A stretch of DNA of 63,272 bases, filler included, from Reclinomonas americana ATCC 50394 (lineage: Eukaryota), in assembly GCA_048213135.1 (NCBI GenBank). It is 7 parts of 4 records of this genome, joined end to end, with 100 filler letters (N's around TTAATTAATTAA, not from the genome) between each part and the next. Parts side by side here need not be neighbours in the genome. Positions count along the whole stretch, not along the records: positions 1 to 22,847 come from PS015072.1; positions 22,948 to 32,174 come from PS015073.1; positions 32,275 to 43,830 come from PS015073.1; 4 more parts are not named here. One strand, 5' to 3'. The notes below the pieces were generated by a model. That model ran no database searches. It was not told where the DNA came from and saw nothing but the letters and a program-made list of their open reading frames with translations. The position numbers and the translations under genes are program-made. Shown piece by piece: positions 18,242 through 32,330 of this stretch; the stretch's first letter is position 1, and the number at the start of each line of letters is the position of its first letter.

Positions 18242-19239
18242 CTCTCTCTACTACTCTACTACTACTACTACTACCTACCTACCTACCTACCTACCTACCT
18301 ACCTACCTACCTACCTACCTACCTACCGTACCGTACCGTACCTACCNNNNNNNNNNNNNNNNNNNNNNNNNNNNNNNNNNNNNNNNNNNNNNNNNNNNNN
18401 NNNNNNNNNNNNNNNNNNNNNNNNNNNNNNNNNNNNNNNNNNNNNNNNNNNNNNNNNNNNNNNNNNNNNNNNNNNNNNNNNNNNNNNNNNNNNNNNNNNN
18501 NNNNNNNNNNNNNNNNNNNNNNNNNNNNNNNNNNNNNNNNNNNNNNNNNNNNNNNNNNNNNNNNNNNNNNNNNNNNNNNNNNNNNNNNNNNNNNNNNNNN
18601 NNNNNNNNNNNNNNNNNNNNNNNNNNNNNNNNNNNNNNNNNNNNNNNNNNNNNNNNNNNNNNNNNNNNNNNNNNNNNNNNNNNNNNNNNNNNNNNNNNNN
18701 NNNNNNNNNNNNNNNNNNNNNNNNNNNNNNNNNNNNNNNNNNNNNNNNNNNNNNNNNNNNNNNNNNNNNNNNNNNNNNNNNNNNNNNNNNNNNNNNNNNN
18801 NNNNNNNNNNNNNNNNNNNNNNNNNNNNNNNNNNNNNNNNNNNNNNNNNNNNNNNNNNNNNNNNNNNNNNNNNNNNNNNNNNNNNTCGTCGTACGTACGT
18901 ACTTCCTTCCTTACCTTACGTCGTCGTACGGTACCGGTACGGTACGGTACGGTACGGTACGGTTACGTACGTACGTACGTACGTACCTACCTACCTACCT
19001 ACCTACCTACCTACCTACCTACCTACCTACCTACCTACCTACCTACCTACCTACCTACCTACCTACCTACCTACCTACCTACCTACCTACCTACCTACCT
19101 ACCTACCTACCTACCTACCTACCTACCTACCTACCTACCTACCTACCTACCTACCTACCTACCTACCTACCTACCTACCTACCTACCTACCTACCTACCT
19201 ACCTACCTACCTACCTACCTACCTACCTACTACCTACTA

Positions 19240-19288
<49 letters not shown>

Positions 19289-20404
19289 GTCTGTCTGTCT
19301 GTCTGTCTTCTCTCTCTGTGTCTTCTCTCTCTCTCACTCACTCACTCTCACTCCCTTCTCCCTCCCTTCTCCCTCCCTTCTCTCTTCTCCTCTCCCCTCT
19401 CTCTCACTCTCTCTCTCTCTCTCACCATCGGCGACCTCGCTCGCACATACGCGCGACCACGATGAAACCACGTCAGCTGCGCGCGCCAACACAAGTGAGA
19501 CCACTCTCCATTCTCCCCTCCGCGACCCACAATCGACACCGCACGCGAACCACAATACAAAGCACGAGCGGAATGAGGAAAACACCTGCGCATCAGTCAG
19601 CATGCATTGCGTCACTCACTGTCTCTCTTTTCAGTCTCCTTCTCACCGTATAACCATCGTAACACTGTGATGCCTGTGACTCCCCACGTTTGCGTTAGTG
19701 AGGCCATCTGAGAGGCATTCAGGCATGAGGGAGGATCGCTCATGAGAGAGAGCGCACACGAAGGACAATTGGAAAGATGTGTCAATGCAATACCGGCCGG
19801 GTCGGAGTTGCGGTCAGGAGTGACCACCTACAAACAATTCATTCACCAACAAACAAGCAACAGCTGTCTTGATGACCAAGTTCAACCGTATCCAAAACAT
19901 CAACACAGACACCAATCTTGAGGCAGCAGCTTGNNNNNNNNNNNNNNNNNNNNNNNNNNNNNNNNNNNNNNNNNNNNNNNNNNNNNNNNNNNNNNNNNNN
20001 NNNNNNNNNNNNNNNNNNNNNNNNNNNNNNNNNNNNNNNNNNNNNNNNNNNNNNNNNNNNNNNNNNNNNNNNNNNNNNNNNNNNNNNNNNNNNNNNNNNN
20101 NNNNNNNNNNNNNNNNNNNNNNNNNNNNNNNNNNNNNNNNNNNNNNNNNNNNNNNNNNNNNNNNNNNNNNNNNNNNNNNNNNNNNNNNNNNNNNNNNNNN
20201 NNNNNNNNNNNNNNNNNNNNNNNNNNNNNNNNNNNNNNNNNNNNNNNNNNNNNNNNNNNNNNNNNCGTCCTATTTGCCATGGCTTGTGGATTGAGACCAC
20301 TAAAACAACAGCACTTCATTCACCACATTCCAATCACGTGACGAATGTCAACAAAGACAATGACCATAATCTTCTGTATGCCAACCATCCCTACAACTTC
20401 CTCA

Positions 20405-22208
20405 TCACACTTTCAGCCCCGACGTGCAATCGCCCGACGTCGCGCATGCACCTGCCGTGTCTGCCGCAGGAACGGGCGTCGCTTTCGGGTAGCACGTCGA
20501 CGTGGAGGTCATGTAGGTCCACGCAGCGCACGTGGAAATGCTAGAGCAGAATGCCGCACACGCTTGCGGACCGCTCATCACAGTCGCCAGGTTTGGCAGG
20601 TCGCTGCCAGGGTAATCTGCCACAGATCATCGTCAACGAGAGTGGCAAAAGGGAGAACAGCAGCACGCTTCGAATGGAATGCAACTGGTCGACGTCGAGA
20701 ACGTTGAGCTGTCGTAGGCAGCAGTCAGCGTCTTCTTGCCGGTCGTCAAGCAGAATGTCGAACCGCAGATATTCGAAGTCTCGGCATTGGCGGCGGAGGC
20801 CGGCACGTTGGTCTGCGCTCACAGAGAGAGAGAGAGAGAGAGAGAGGTGAGAAAGTGATGTGATCGCTCCCATGATCCACGAAGATGCACATAAGGAGAC
20901 ATCGCCTTCCTCTGTCCAAAGACACTCGGCACAGATAGTCATCAGTTGTCTCTCAATTTGCGTGTCTCATGCGCTGCCCATCAACCTTCTCCCTCTCCCC
21001 TTCTGCCTGTCAGCCTCACTGTCTTTGTGCCCTCTTCGACCCCTCTACACTTTCTGCGTGGATCCCTCTCAGCCTACCAAACTCCTCTCTCGCTGCAATG
21101 TCTCCTTCTACTCTCTCTTTCTCTCTTCTCTCGCACTCTAACTGTCGTCTGTCTGCCTGCCTCCCTCCTTTCAACTCCTCTCTTCTGTCTGTACCACCCT
21201 CTCTCTCTCTCTCAATCACGTACCTGCCTTTCACTTTGTTGAGTCTGTCTTCCTCTTGTCTCATTCTTTCTCTCTGTCGCCAAGCATGACTTTCTTCCTC
21301 TCCATGTCTGTCTCTGTCTCCCTCTTCTGTCATTCTTTTCTCGCTGTCGCCAAGCATGACTTTTTCCTCTCCATGTCTGTCTCTGTCTCCCTCTCCTTCC
21401 CTCCCCCCTTCCCTCCCTCCTGCCTCCTTCTCTCCCTCCCTCCCTCCCTCTCCCTTCAACCCTCCCTCGCTCCCTCTCTCCCTCGCACCTCCCTCCCTCC
21501 TTTCTTTCCTTCCTCTCTTCCCCTGCAACCATCCCTCCGTCTTTCCCTTCGCCCCACCAGTACTGTACACAGCGACACTCCTTGCGTGTTCGACGCCGCA
21601 GTGCCCGCCAGGAACGTCCACGCGCGACAAGCAGCGTATTGGTCGCACATCGTACAACACGCCACATGATTGACGACTGAAGCCACAGCAAACACGGTAC
21701 CGTTGGGGCGATCCACCGCCTCAAATGTGCACACTTGCAGCGGTGCTGCGATATCGACGGGATTAGCATGAAGCGCATGGTGTCGAGAACAGATGGGTGT
21801 GTGTTAAACCTGGTGCAACACCGTCCTCACGCGTCGCACAACCGCGCATGTTGACTGGAGTACACACCACTGTGAGGAGCCACAAAGGAAAAGAAATGAC
21901 ACACAGCCCTCTTGATCGCGCACCATCACGGAAGGTCAGCAGCTGTGAATATGACTGCGCAGGCGATCCGTTGTCGGTCACTTGCACTTGCACTTCCATC
22001 CACCCCAATACCACCGCGTTCGACGCAATCGACAACTGCGATCCCGAGATGCTGAAGCTGGCCGCATTCGTCCCTCCCACCACGCTGTATGTGAACGTGT
22101 CCGACGCGTTCAGATCCGTCGCACTCATCGGACCCACAGCAATTGGGTAGGCGGCCGCAGGATTGTAGGTCGACGACGGCACCGTGATGCTGCTCGGCGG
22201 AACGTTGC
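20405..22208 (-). CDS. 3' part of an extracellular protein: cadherin-like domain followed by two PAN/Apple-like domains
   Basis: Exon about 21924-22208 has ATDLNASDTFTYSVVGG...FSISG...VQVQVTDNGSP (cadherin-like). Later exons give CCTMCDQYAACRAWTF and NYPGSDL...CAAFCSSISTCAAWTY...CYPK (Apple/PAN). Stop at 20405; 5' end lost in the repeat and gap at about 22560-22950. Confidence 0.75.
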
Positions 22209-22561
22209 CTGTATGCGACGAACGTGAGCCAAACATGACTCGGGGGAGACCGGTTTCGCACAGCACCAATCAGTGTCAATGTTTCTCTCCTCGGTTTGTC
22301 TTCTTTCACGTTACTGTCTCTCTCTCTCTCTCTTCGTGTCACTGTCACTCTCCTCACGTCGCCGTCTTCCCCTCTGTCTCTGCTCCATCCGTGTAACTGT
22401 CTCCGCGTCACTATCTCTGTCTTCGTGTTGCTGCCTCTCGCTCCTCGGCCTGTCTCTTCTCCCGTGTCACTGCCTGCCTTCACATTGCCGTTTCTCTCTC
22501 CTCAATCTATCTTTCTCCCTCCCACCAAGTCTCCCATGATGTCGTGCACGTGGTCTCTCCG

Positions 22562-22757
<196 letters not shown>

Positions 22758-22780
22758 TACGTACGTACGTCGTCGTCGTC

Positions 22781-22847
<67 letters not shown>

Positions 22848-22891
22848 NNNNNNNNNNNNNNNNNNNNNNNNNNNNNNNNNNNNNNNNNNNN

Positions 22892-22903
22892 TTAATTAAT
22901 TAA
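22892..22903. other. Artificial assembly spacer TTAATTAATTAA between two N44 runs; also at 32219, 43875, 55777, 58924 and 61710
   Basis: Identical 100-bp N/stop-in-all-six-frames cassette occurs six times. Confidence 0.95.
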
Positions 22904-23006
22904 NNNNNNNNNNNNNNNNNNNNNNNNNNNNNNNNNNNNNNNNNNNNTTGGCGCTTACATAAACCGTTGTACAATTTTCTCTCTGTTGCTGTTGTGGAAT
23001 TGAGGA

Positions 23007-23380
23007 AGCGTGATCCAGTGTCGACATGAGCCGCGGTCGCGCCGGAGATGAGCGCTGAGGTGGAGGTGCAGAGGAGCGCGGGTAGAGTTCTGCGGGGAAG
23101 CGTTGCAGTGCAGAGTCGCTGCTCATGCCTTGTCCTCCTGTGAGAGCGCGAGAGGGGTATTCGTCTGTTACAGTGACGGAGGCTGAGTTGGAGGCTCGAG
23201 AACGACCGTGTGGCAGTGTTGGCAACACACTGGACCAGCTCTCCATTGTGCTTTGCAGATTTTGGTGTGTTTACGGTAGGCGCGTACATAACCGTTTCGC
23301 ACTTTTACTCTCTGTTGCTGTTGAAGCAGCGCGATCCAGTGTCGACATGAGCCGCGGTCGCACCGGAAATGAGCGCTGAG
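23007..23380 (+). repeat. Direct repeat pair of about 55 bp or more (gatccagtgtcgacatgagccgcggtcgc...) upstream of the TPC gene
   Basis: Copies near 23007-23060 and 23329-23380, with similarity extending upstream of each. Confidence 0.75.
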
Positions 23381-23858
23381 GAGGCGCAGAGTCGCTTCTC
23401 TTGCCAGTGGGGGCAGTTTTTGCAATTCGAATTCAATTCCCTGCTTGCGCACGCTGTCTTTGATCCGACCAAGTTTGCCTCCCCCCAAGCACATCGGAGA
23501 CATTGCATCACCTGCCGGGTCTCCCACTGCAATGTACCGCTTTGATATCTCGTGACCACGCCGGCCGAATGTATGCAGAGCCGACATTTGCACATTCACC
23601 ATCGCATTCGAACATGAAGCGGACCTCTCACTGCATGCAGCCGCCGCACCCCACTCTTCTCCCCCACACCCCACTGACACAGCCACGGGCATCCGAGAGA
23701 GGAAAGCAATTAATTGCGCAAGTGTTTGTCCACCAGGGTGCGCAATTGTTCGGCGGCGCGCACTCCTTCGAACTCCGCCTCACAAACACGCAAACACAAT
23801 CTCTCTCTTTCTCACTCTCGCTGCGTGTGTGCGCACACACATACACACGCACGAGTGA

Positions 23859-24982
23859 ATGTCAGGTTCGAGCTCACTCACTCTCACTCTCACTCACATT
23901 CTCACTCTTCTCTCGCTCTCTCCCTTCCCTCCTTTCTTGTCTCTATTCTCCCCTCTCCTGCTCCTCTTTTCTCTGTCTTCCCTCCTTGTCTCTCTTCTCT
24001 CTCTCACTCATCCCTTCTCTCTCTCTCTCACGCTTTCACACCTCTCTCCCTGTCTTTCCTTCCCCTCCTCTCTCCCCTCCCCCCACACAGCCCCCTCCAC
24101 CCCCCTCTCCACTGCGGCCGCCAATCCAACCTCCATCGAGATCGATGTCGACAACGACGACGACATCCAAGTCGTCGACTCGACCACCACCACCGCCGCC
24201 GGCCTCACCCGCGCCCTCTCCACTGTAGACACCACCACTCCTCAACAAGCAGCAGCAGCAGCAGCAGCAGCAGTGGACGAAGATGACGCAGGCGCACTCG
24301 CACAATCTCTATCCGCGCCTCCTGCGCCTGAACGGCTGCACGCGCGCTCGAGGAGAGACTCTCCCGCCGACATGGAACTGGGATCTCCTCCAGCAACGAG
24401 CAGTGTCATGCGTGCTGCTGTGCCAGTGGGAGACAGTGGGAGACCGCAGCGCAGGCATCGACAGTCGGTGTTTGCGGCTGCGTCGCCGAGACTGCAGGGA
24501 GTGCCTGCGCGACCGGCGTCGAGTGCACCCTCGTCGCCCGAGTTGAAGGCGAGGCGGTTCTGGACGCCGCAGTTGAGGCCACTGGGAGGGCCGGATCCGC
24601 GGGGGGAGCAGAAGCATCGGCCGTCGTTTGTGATTTCGATTGATGATATGCCGACGGGGTTGCAGTTCTCGTTGGATGAGTCGCCGCAGCCTCCGGCGGA
24701 GATTTCGACGCAGACGTCGCCGCAGATGTTGCGGAGGGAGGGGGGGGGGGGGGGGGGGGCGAAGGGAGAGGGAGAAGGGCAAAGAGAGACAGAGAGAGAG
24801 AGAGAGTGGCTGGAAGCGAGAAGTGGGGAAGATAAGCGAAGAAAACGGAGAGTGGCAACGAAGAGGAGCAGAGAGGAGATGAGAAGGGAAGAGAGGAACG
24901 GAGAAGAGGGGAGCGTGATGAAGTTAAACAAGGGGGGAGAAGGGAGTGAGTGAGCGAAGATACAGGAACAAGAGAAGCATCC

Positions 24983-25042
<60 letters not shown>

Positions 25043-26422
25043 CGGAGAGAGGGAACACCAGGCGAGGAGGGTAGACCCGAAAGCGACGCAGAGACTGTTA
25101 ATCATTGAATCCACGAGGCCGTGGTGGCTTGTGCCGGCAAGGAGACATTATTCGCGAAGAGGAAGAGGTGTACGTTCAGAGGCGAAGTGTCACGATCTCC
25201 AACATTCAGCGCTGAGTGAGAGAGACAGAGGACATGCAGGAGAGAAAGTAACCAAGAGACGTCAAAAGAAAGCTGCGACAAGTAAAGAGTGAGACTTGGT
25301 GTTCGTGAGTTTGGATAAAGAGTCACGATTTGCACTCTCAGGAAGAAGGAGAGAGAGAGAGAAGGAGAATGGGGAAACGTGGGCGCATGGCTTTGTTTGG
25401 GAGATGAAGAGTCGTGGCCTTCAACTCTCAGAGCAAGACAGAGAGAAACGGAGAGAGACGAGGTGATGAGCAGATAAGAGTCCGAGAGGCGGTTTGCAAG
25501 CGATGACGTGAGAAGGGAGATGGATTGTGTGAGAGACAGCAACACTCAAGTGTGGTCGTTCTCGTCGAGTACTTTCCCCTGTGCAAGCTTCTCATTCTTT
25601 GCTCCCCGCGCAGGAACGTCTTTGGTCGACCCCTGAGTCCATCTCAGCAGAAATCGGCGGTGGACGACCTTGAGCAGCCCGACGAATTCGTTCTTGACGA
25701 CGACCGACCCCCGCCCCGCACAATCGTCGAGAAGCCGGTGGAGAATTTTGACAGCGGGGAGGTGCTGGCGCGTCTCACTCCGGAGGAGCATTTGGTGAGT
25801 GCTCTCTCCTCTCTCTCTCTCTCTCTCTCTGCTGTACGGCCAAGGCGGATGTACGGTACAGCAGTCNNNNNNNNNNNNNNNNNNNNNNNNNNNNNNNNNN
25901 NNNNNNNNNNNNNNNNNNNNNNNNNNNNNNNNNNNNNNNNNNNNNNNNNNNNNNNNNNNNNNNNNNNNNNNNNNNNNNNNNNNNNNNNNNNNNNNNNNNN
26001 NNNNNNNNNNNNNNNNNNNNNNNNNNNNNNNNNNNNNNNNNNNNNNNNNNNNNNNNNNNNNNNNNNNNNNNNNNNNNNNNNNNNNNNNNNNNNNNNNNNN
26101 NNNNNNNNNNNNNNNNNNNNNNNNNNNNNNNNNNNNNNNNNNNNNNNNNNNNNNNNNNNNNNNNNNNNNNNNNNNNNNNNNNNNNNNNNNNNNNNNNNNN
26201 NNNNNNNNNNNNNNNNNNNNNNNNNNNNNNNNNNNNNNNNNNNNNNNNNNNNNNNNNNNNNNNNNNNNNNNNNNNNNNNNNNNNNNNNNNNNNNNNNNNN
26301 NNNNNNNNNNNNNNNGGTACGGGAGGTTAAGGTTTACGTTACGTACGGGACGGGGTACGGGTACGGTCGGTCGGCGGTCCGGTCGTCCTACCGTACCGGT
26401 ACGGACGACGTAGTTGTGTGTC

Positions 26423-26471
<49 letters not shown>

Positions 26472-28899
26472 CCCTGTTGCCTTTCGTCTCTCTGCCACCT
26501 TCGCTGCCCCTCTATCTCCCTTTTCTCCTTGTCTATCACTTTCTTCTCTCTCCGTGCCTCTCACTCCGTGCCTCGCACTCGCTCCAGCTCTCCTCCCTCT
26601 CCCTCCCTAATTCTCTCCTCCCCTCTCTTCTAAGTCTTTCTCTCTCTCTATTGATCTTTTTCTTGTCTGTTGCTGAATGTCTTGTGTTTCCTGCCCTATT
26701 GCCTTCTTCCTCCCTTTCTCTATTTCTTTCTCTCGAGCCCTTGTTGACTCTCCTCTCTTACCTCCCTCCCCCTGCCACCTTTGCAGACGAGCCACCTCCT
26801 TTTCTCTTTATGTCGCTTGCTCTTGTCACCATTCCTCTCCCTTCCCCTCCCTTCCCTCCATTCCCTCCTCGCCCCTTACTGACGCACCCCTCGTCTCCCA
26901 GAAATACTTGCAAGCCGTGGTGTTGCTCGAGGACGCCAAGGTCGGTCGCCTTTTCCCCTCGTTTGTGTGATTGCTCCTCGTTGCACTCACTTGTCGCGCA
27001 CAGTCTGTGCGGAATCCCGATCACGATCTGGCTCCGGCGGCCATCAGCTACTATCGCTTCTACTACCGACGGCCTGTGCGTGCCACCTTCATGACGGCGG
27101 TCGTCCTCCTGCTGCTGTTGGGATTGCTGGAGGAGCCGACCACACTACCGTGTCCCCAGTGGGTGAGTGGGGGAAGGGGAAAGGTGGAAGGGGTGGGGTA
27201 AGAAAGGGAGGGGGAGTCAAAAGGTTGTGGAGATTGTGGTGACATTGAATGTGCGTGGGAACTTGAAGTGCGAGGAAGAGAGAGAGAGAGAAAGAGAGTA
27301 CAGAATGAAGAATGACTAGCGCGGTTGTGGATATAGTAGCTCCTCTCAGAGAAATGATGAATGCAGGTGACGGGTGAGAGAAAGAGTGTGAGCATGAAAG
27401 AGAAGCTGAAGCCGAAGGGGGACCGAGACAACGGAGCGAGTGAGCGGAATGCAGTTAGAGAGAGAACTCGAAGCGCTCTCTGGCATCCGCACTTCTTTGT
27501 TCCCGTTTCTTGCGTGTCTGCTTTTCAACCCTCTCCCACGCACTTTCTCCCTCCCGCTGTCTCTCTCCAAGGCTGCCAACAGGAATGCGAGGGCAGGAGG
27601 GGGAGATTGCTCGCGCACTTCGCAGTTGGAGTGTGATCCATCACTTTGTTGCTCACTCTCCTCTTCTTCGTCACTTCTTTCCCTCCTTGTCCCCTCCTTC
27701 CCTCTCTCCCTTCTTCTCCTTTCCTTGTTGCTCGCCAGATCCCACCAATCATCGAACTGCTTTTGCTTGGCCTGCTCTTGACGCGCAAATGGATTCTGTA
27801 CGTCGCTTTTGGACGGCAGCGATTCTTTCGGTGCGTTTATTTGCAGATGTGTACTGTGATCTTCCCCTAATCTCTCTCCTTGCCCTCTCTTTCCACCCCA
27901 GTTCGTGGTGGCGCCGCATCTCCCTGGTTGTCCTGGTGGCGAGTGTCATCAGTACTGTTATCGCGTGGCCACTACAAGGTCATTCGTGGTTGTGGATGCG
28001 CCTCGCTCGCGCCTTCTACTTGGTGGAGAGCAGTCATGTGGCACGCACGACGTTTGCCAGCATCTTGCACGTGTTTGGCGGCGTCATTGATCCGTTCTTG
28101 TGCCTGGTGGTCATTCAGGGTCTGTACGGCTTGGCGTCCATGGTGGCGTTTCTCGGAACGTGAGTGTGATGAAGATAGTGCACTTGGTTGATTCATTTGG
28201 AGTGTCTGACTTGTGTACAGTGACGAGGGCTGTACTTGGCTCTCCGGCACGGCACAAACGCAGTGGAGCTTCTTTATTCTGCAGACATCGACCAACAATC
28301 CGGACATGTGGGTGAGTGCGAAGGAGAGGGAGGGGGTGAGAAAAAGGAAGGCCGGTATTCACTCCAATTGCAGGTCAAATCCTACGACGAGCACGGAGTC
28401 TCCGCGCTCATTTTCATGTCATACATTATCATTGTGGTTTACTTTATGCAAACCTTGGTGCTCGCCGTCGTGTTGCAGCGTTTCAAGGCGGCTCAAGCGG
28501 TGAGTTGTGGTATTCAACGGTGGAGGGAGGAGATGTGTCTCTCTTTTCTCTCTGTCATTCCTCTCTGTCTTTCTTCTTTGTCTGTCTGACTGGCTTGCCT
28601 GTTTGTCTGTCTGTGTTTTTTGCGTCTCTCTCTTCTGTCTCTCTCTCTTTTTTTTTCTCTTCCGCTCTTTTTTCTCTCTGTCAGTCTCTTTGTTTTTTGT
28701 CTTTGCTATCTCCCCCCTCTGTCTATCTCTCTCTCTCCGTCTTGCTTTCTCTCTCTCTCCCGTTCGTCTCCCTCCCGTTCGTCTCCCTCCCATTCGTCTC
28801 TCTCCCCCGTTCGTCTCTCTCCCCCGTTCGTCTCTCTCCCCTGTTCGTCTCTCTCTCCCGTTCGTCTCTCTCTCCCATTCGTCTCTCTTACTCTCTCTC

Positions 28900-28942
<43 letters not shown>

Positions 28943-29022
28943 CCCTCTGTTTGTTTGTTTGTCTGTCCGCACCTCCGACAATTTGTCTTGTCGATTGCGA
29001 GCTTCGACGATCTCTGTCACTC

Positions 29023-29059
<37 letters not shown>

Positions 29060-30380
29060 CTTTCTCCTCGCTTTCTTCCCTTCCTTTCTACCTCTTGGTC
29101 CTCTTCTTATTTCCCTTCCCTTTTTCTCTTCTTCTTTTTCTCCCTCATCGCCTTTCCCTTTCCTCACTTCCTCCCTCCCCCCCTATCCCAGGGAGTCGTC
29201 GCGCGCTTCCAGTACTGGCAGACGTGCGCCATGTCGCACGCTTTTGATCTCATTGCGGCCTACCGCGAAGACGACGTCATGTCGGACGCGCTGCCGACGG
29301 CAGCTCCGACCCCCGCACACGGCCACCTCACGTCGCCACCACCCCTGCAACGACGATTATCGATCGGGGACACACACCCGCACGGCCATGCTCGCTCTCC
29401 CAGCGGCGGCAGCCATCACGGCCGACATCCGCCGCTTGTGAGGCAGAGGAGTTCCTCCAAGCTGCTGCCGGTCGTCGCTCGCAGTCGTTCGCAGCGCTCA
29501 CTCGCTGCGCAAGACCCCGCACTGCCTGCACGACTGGCCATGCGACGATCCGTGTCCACGGGCAGCCTCCCGCACGCACCATCGGGTGCCGACGGTACGC
29601 CAGCGGCCGATGCGCGCTCGAACGGCACGTCGGCGATTCACGATGACGAGTCGCCGGCTGTCGAAGACACGGCGCCAGCCGATTCGACCGCGTCGGTCGC
29701 TGCGGATTCCGTGCCTCCGCGCCTGCCATCATTACCATCACCCTCATTGGATCCGTCACCACCATCACCCTCAGTGGAACCGTTACCACCTCCGCCGCCA
29801 CCACCGCCACGGCCGCCCATGGTGCGACAAGTTTCCGCTCTGCGGACCTCTGGCAGTTGTGTCACTCCTTGATTTCGAGTCGGCTTCCGCGCTCCCTCAC
29901 CTGTGCATGTGCACTGCAGATGGCACGTCGCCCTCTGGTGGCAGAAAGCAGCTGCGAGTCGTGGTGGACGAGCCTGCCACTGTGAAGGACGATGCTGCTG
30001 AGGATGCGCGGATTGACGAGGAACGACGCGTGGTGACGCTGGAGGGATTCCGTATTCTCATGGCAGTCATGCGACCGCATTGTTGCGTGCTTGATTCGCA
30101 GAAGGCTGACTGGGGGAACAAGAGGGCGCACAAGGAGATTGACGAGGAAGGAATTGGAGTAGAAGAGTACTTTCTGCGCATTGGCATATTCGTGCTTGAA
30201 TGGCTCTCTGTCTGTGTCTTTGTCTCTGTCTGTCTGGTTCTCTGTCACTGTCATTGTCTCAGCCTGCTGTCTGTCTCTCTCTTTCTCTCTCTCCCTGTCT
30301 CTCGTTATTTCTCTTCTTGCTTTGTGTGTCTCTGTTTCTCTCACATACTCTGGCTCTCAGTCTCTCCCTCACGCTCTCTG

Positions 30381-30417
<37 letters not shown>

Positions 30418-32068
30418 GCTTTTTGTATCTGTCTGTCTGTTTGTGTGACTCCCTTGCACCGCGCTTTTTGTCTCTCTGCCTCCATCATTGTTTCCCACCA
30501 TTCTCGCGTACATCGCACTTCTTGCAAACTTATTGCTTCCTCCTCCTCGTTGTCCTTTTGCTGCAATTCCTGGTCTATTTGTTGTGTCCTGTTTCTTCTT
30601 CTGCTTATTCCCCTATTTTATCTTATCGTTCTCTTGGAGCTTGTCCTTTTCCTCTGCGTCATTCGTATTTTGTAGCTGTTCTCTCCTCAACACAACTTCA
30701 ACATTTTTGAGTTACATTCTCACCTCCTCCGATGTGCTGTTCCCATGCACAGATTCGCAAGAGAAAGTGGAGGTGACGTGTGCTTGCTTTACTCAACTTC
30801 TCCCTTGCGCCAGTCTCCTCACCGCGCCTTGCGTTGCAGGTTCTGTGGGCACTGATGGACATTGATCAAGACTTGGATGTGGGGCGCGAGGAGTTTCCAC
30901 GCTTGCTGTCGATCATGCGTCTGAAAGTGACGGCCGAGTGGGAGTCGCGCACGGTACCCCAAGTGGTACGCATGGATGGAGAAGAGAGCGGGTGAAGGAG
31001 GAAGAGTTTTGACTGACTCAACGCACTGCACATTCGCAGATCTTTGGCCGTCTCTACAGGAGTCGCATCTCGAGAGCAGTCATTCGCTTCATCAAATCAC
31101 AGTTTCGTGTCAGCACCTGATGTGTCTGTTGATTGCGGCTCTCCCAATTTGCGCTCGCAGAGTCTTCGAGTGGATCACCGACATTCTGATTGTTGCCAAC
31201 CTCATCATGACCTTTGTGTGGGCCGAACAAGTGACCACCATTCGCGCGGTGCAGTGCGAGGGTGCGGAGCTGACAGAGGGGTTTTGGGTGCGGTATCCGG
31301 GGTGGGCGTTTGCCGGGTTGCTAATGCTGGAGTATTTGATGAGGTGCGAAAGGGGGCAAGGATTGAGGAAAAGGAGGGCAGCGGAAGGAGGCAAAGGAGG
31401 GAGAAAAAGGAAATGGGGAGATAGAGGAAAGGGAGAAAGGGGAGAAGGATAGAGGACAGAGAGGAAGAGAGAGAGAAAGAGGGAACGGGGTAGAAAGGAG
31501 AGGAAATAGGGGAAGGGAAAGGAAGAAGGAAAGGAGGAGAGAAGAGAGAGAGGAGAGACAAATGGGAAGAGGGGACAGAGATGGGAGGGGGAAAAGTGAG
31601 AGCGGGAAGGGGAGAAAGAGAGCATGGAGGGTGGAAAGGGACGGCAGGGGGAGAATGATGGAGAGGGGTAGAATGAGGGGAAGGGAAACGAGGTAAGGGA
31701 GATCGAATGGGAAGGCAGGGGAAAGGGAGAGGAAAAGGGAAAGAGAAGATAGAGGAAAGGGAGAGAGAGAGTGGAAGCGAGTGGGAAAGGGGAGACAGAG
31801 AAACGGGGAAAATGAAGAGAGAACGGGGGCAGGAAAACAGAAGAGAGAGAAATAGAGAAATGAGGGAGAAAGAGGGAAAAGCGAGGAAGAGTGAGGTCTT
31901 TGTTGCATGATAATATGCGTGTTTCTGCCAGTGCTTGTCTTTGATGCAGCAAGTGATCTTCTGAGTGAGTGCATCGCAAGAGCAGGCAAGTGGATGAGAT
32001 AGGGCCTGCTTGAGTGAGAGGCTGTGTTGTTGATGTAGTTGTTGTTATTGTGCGTGTGTGCGTGTGTG

Positions 32069-32114
<46 letters not shown>

Positions 32115-32275
32115 AGAGTGGACGGACCGAGAAGAGAGAAGTAGGAAAGAAGAAGAGGAGGAGTGAGTAGTGGTNNNNNNNNNNNNNNNNNNNNNNNNNN
32201 NNNNNNNNNNNNNNNNNNTTAATTAATTAANNNNNNNNNNNNNNNNNNNNNNNNNNNNNNNNNNNNNNNNNNNNT

Positions 32276-32330
<55 letters not shown>

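Noticed and set aside
18250-19240. (TACC)n, TACG and GTAC runs as a telomere or satellite (also 15200-15400, 22750-22780, 26317-26410, 43931-43975)
   Set aside because: Found only at contig ends next to long microsatellites and resemble a T-A-C-G flow order; probably pyrosequencing noise.
22848-22947. Recurring TTAATTAATTAA motif as a biological element
   Set aside because: Always centred in N44 runs; it is a synthetic gap spacer with stops in all six frames.
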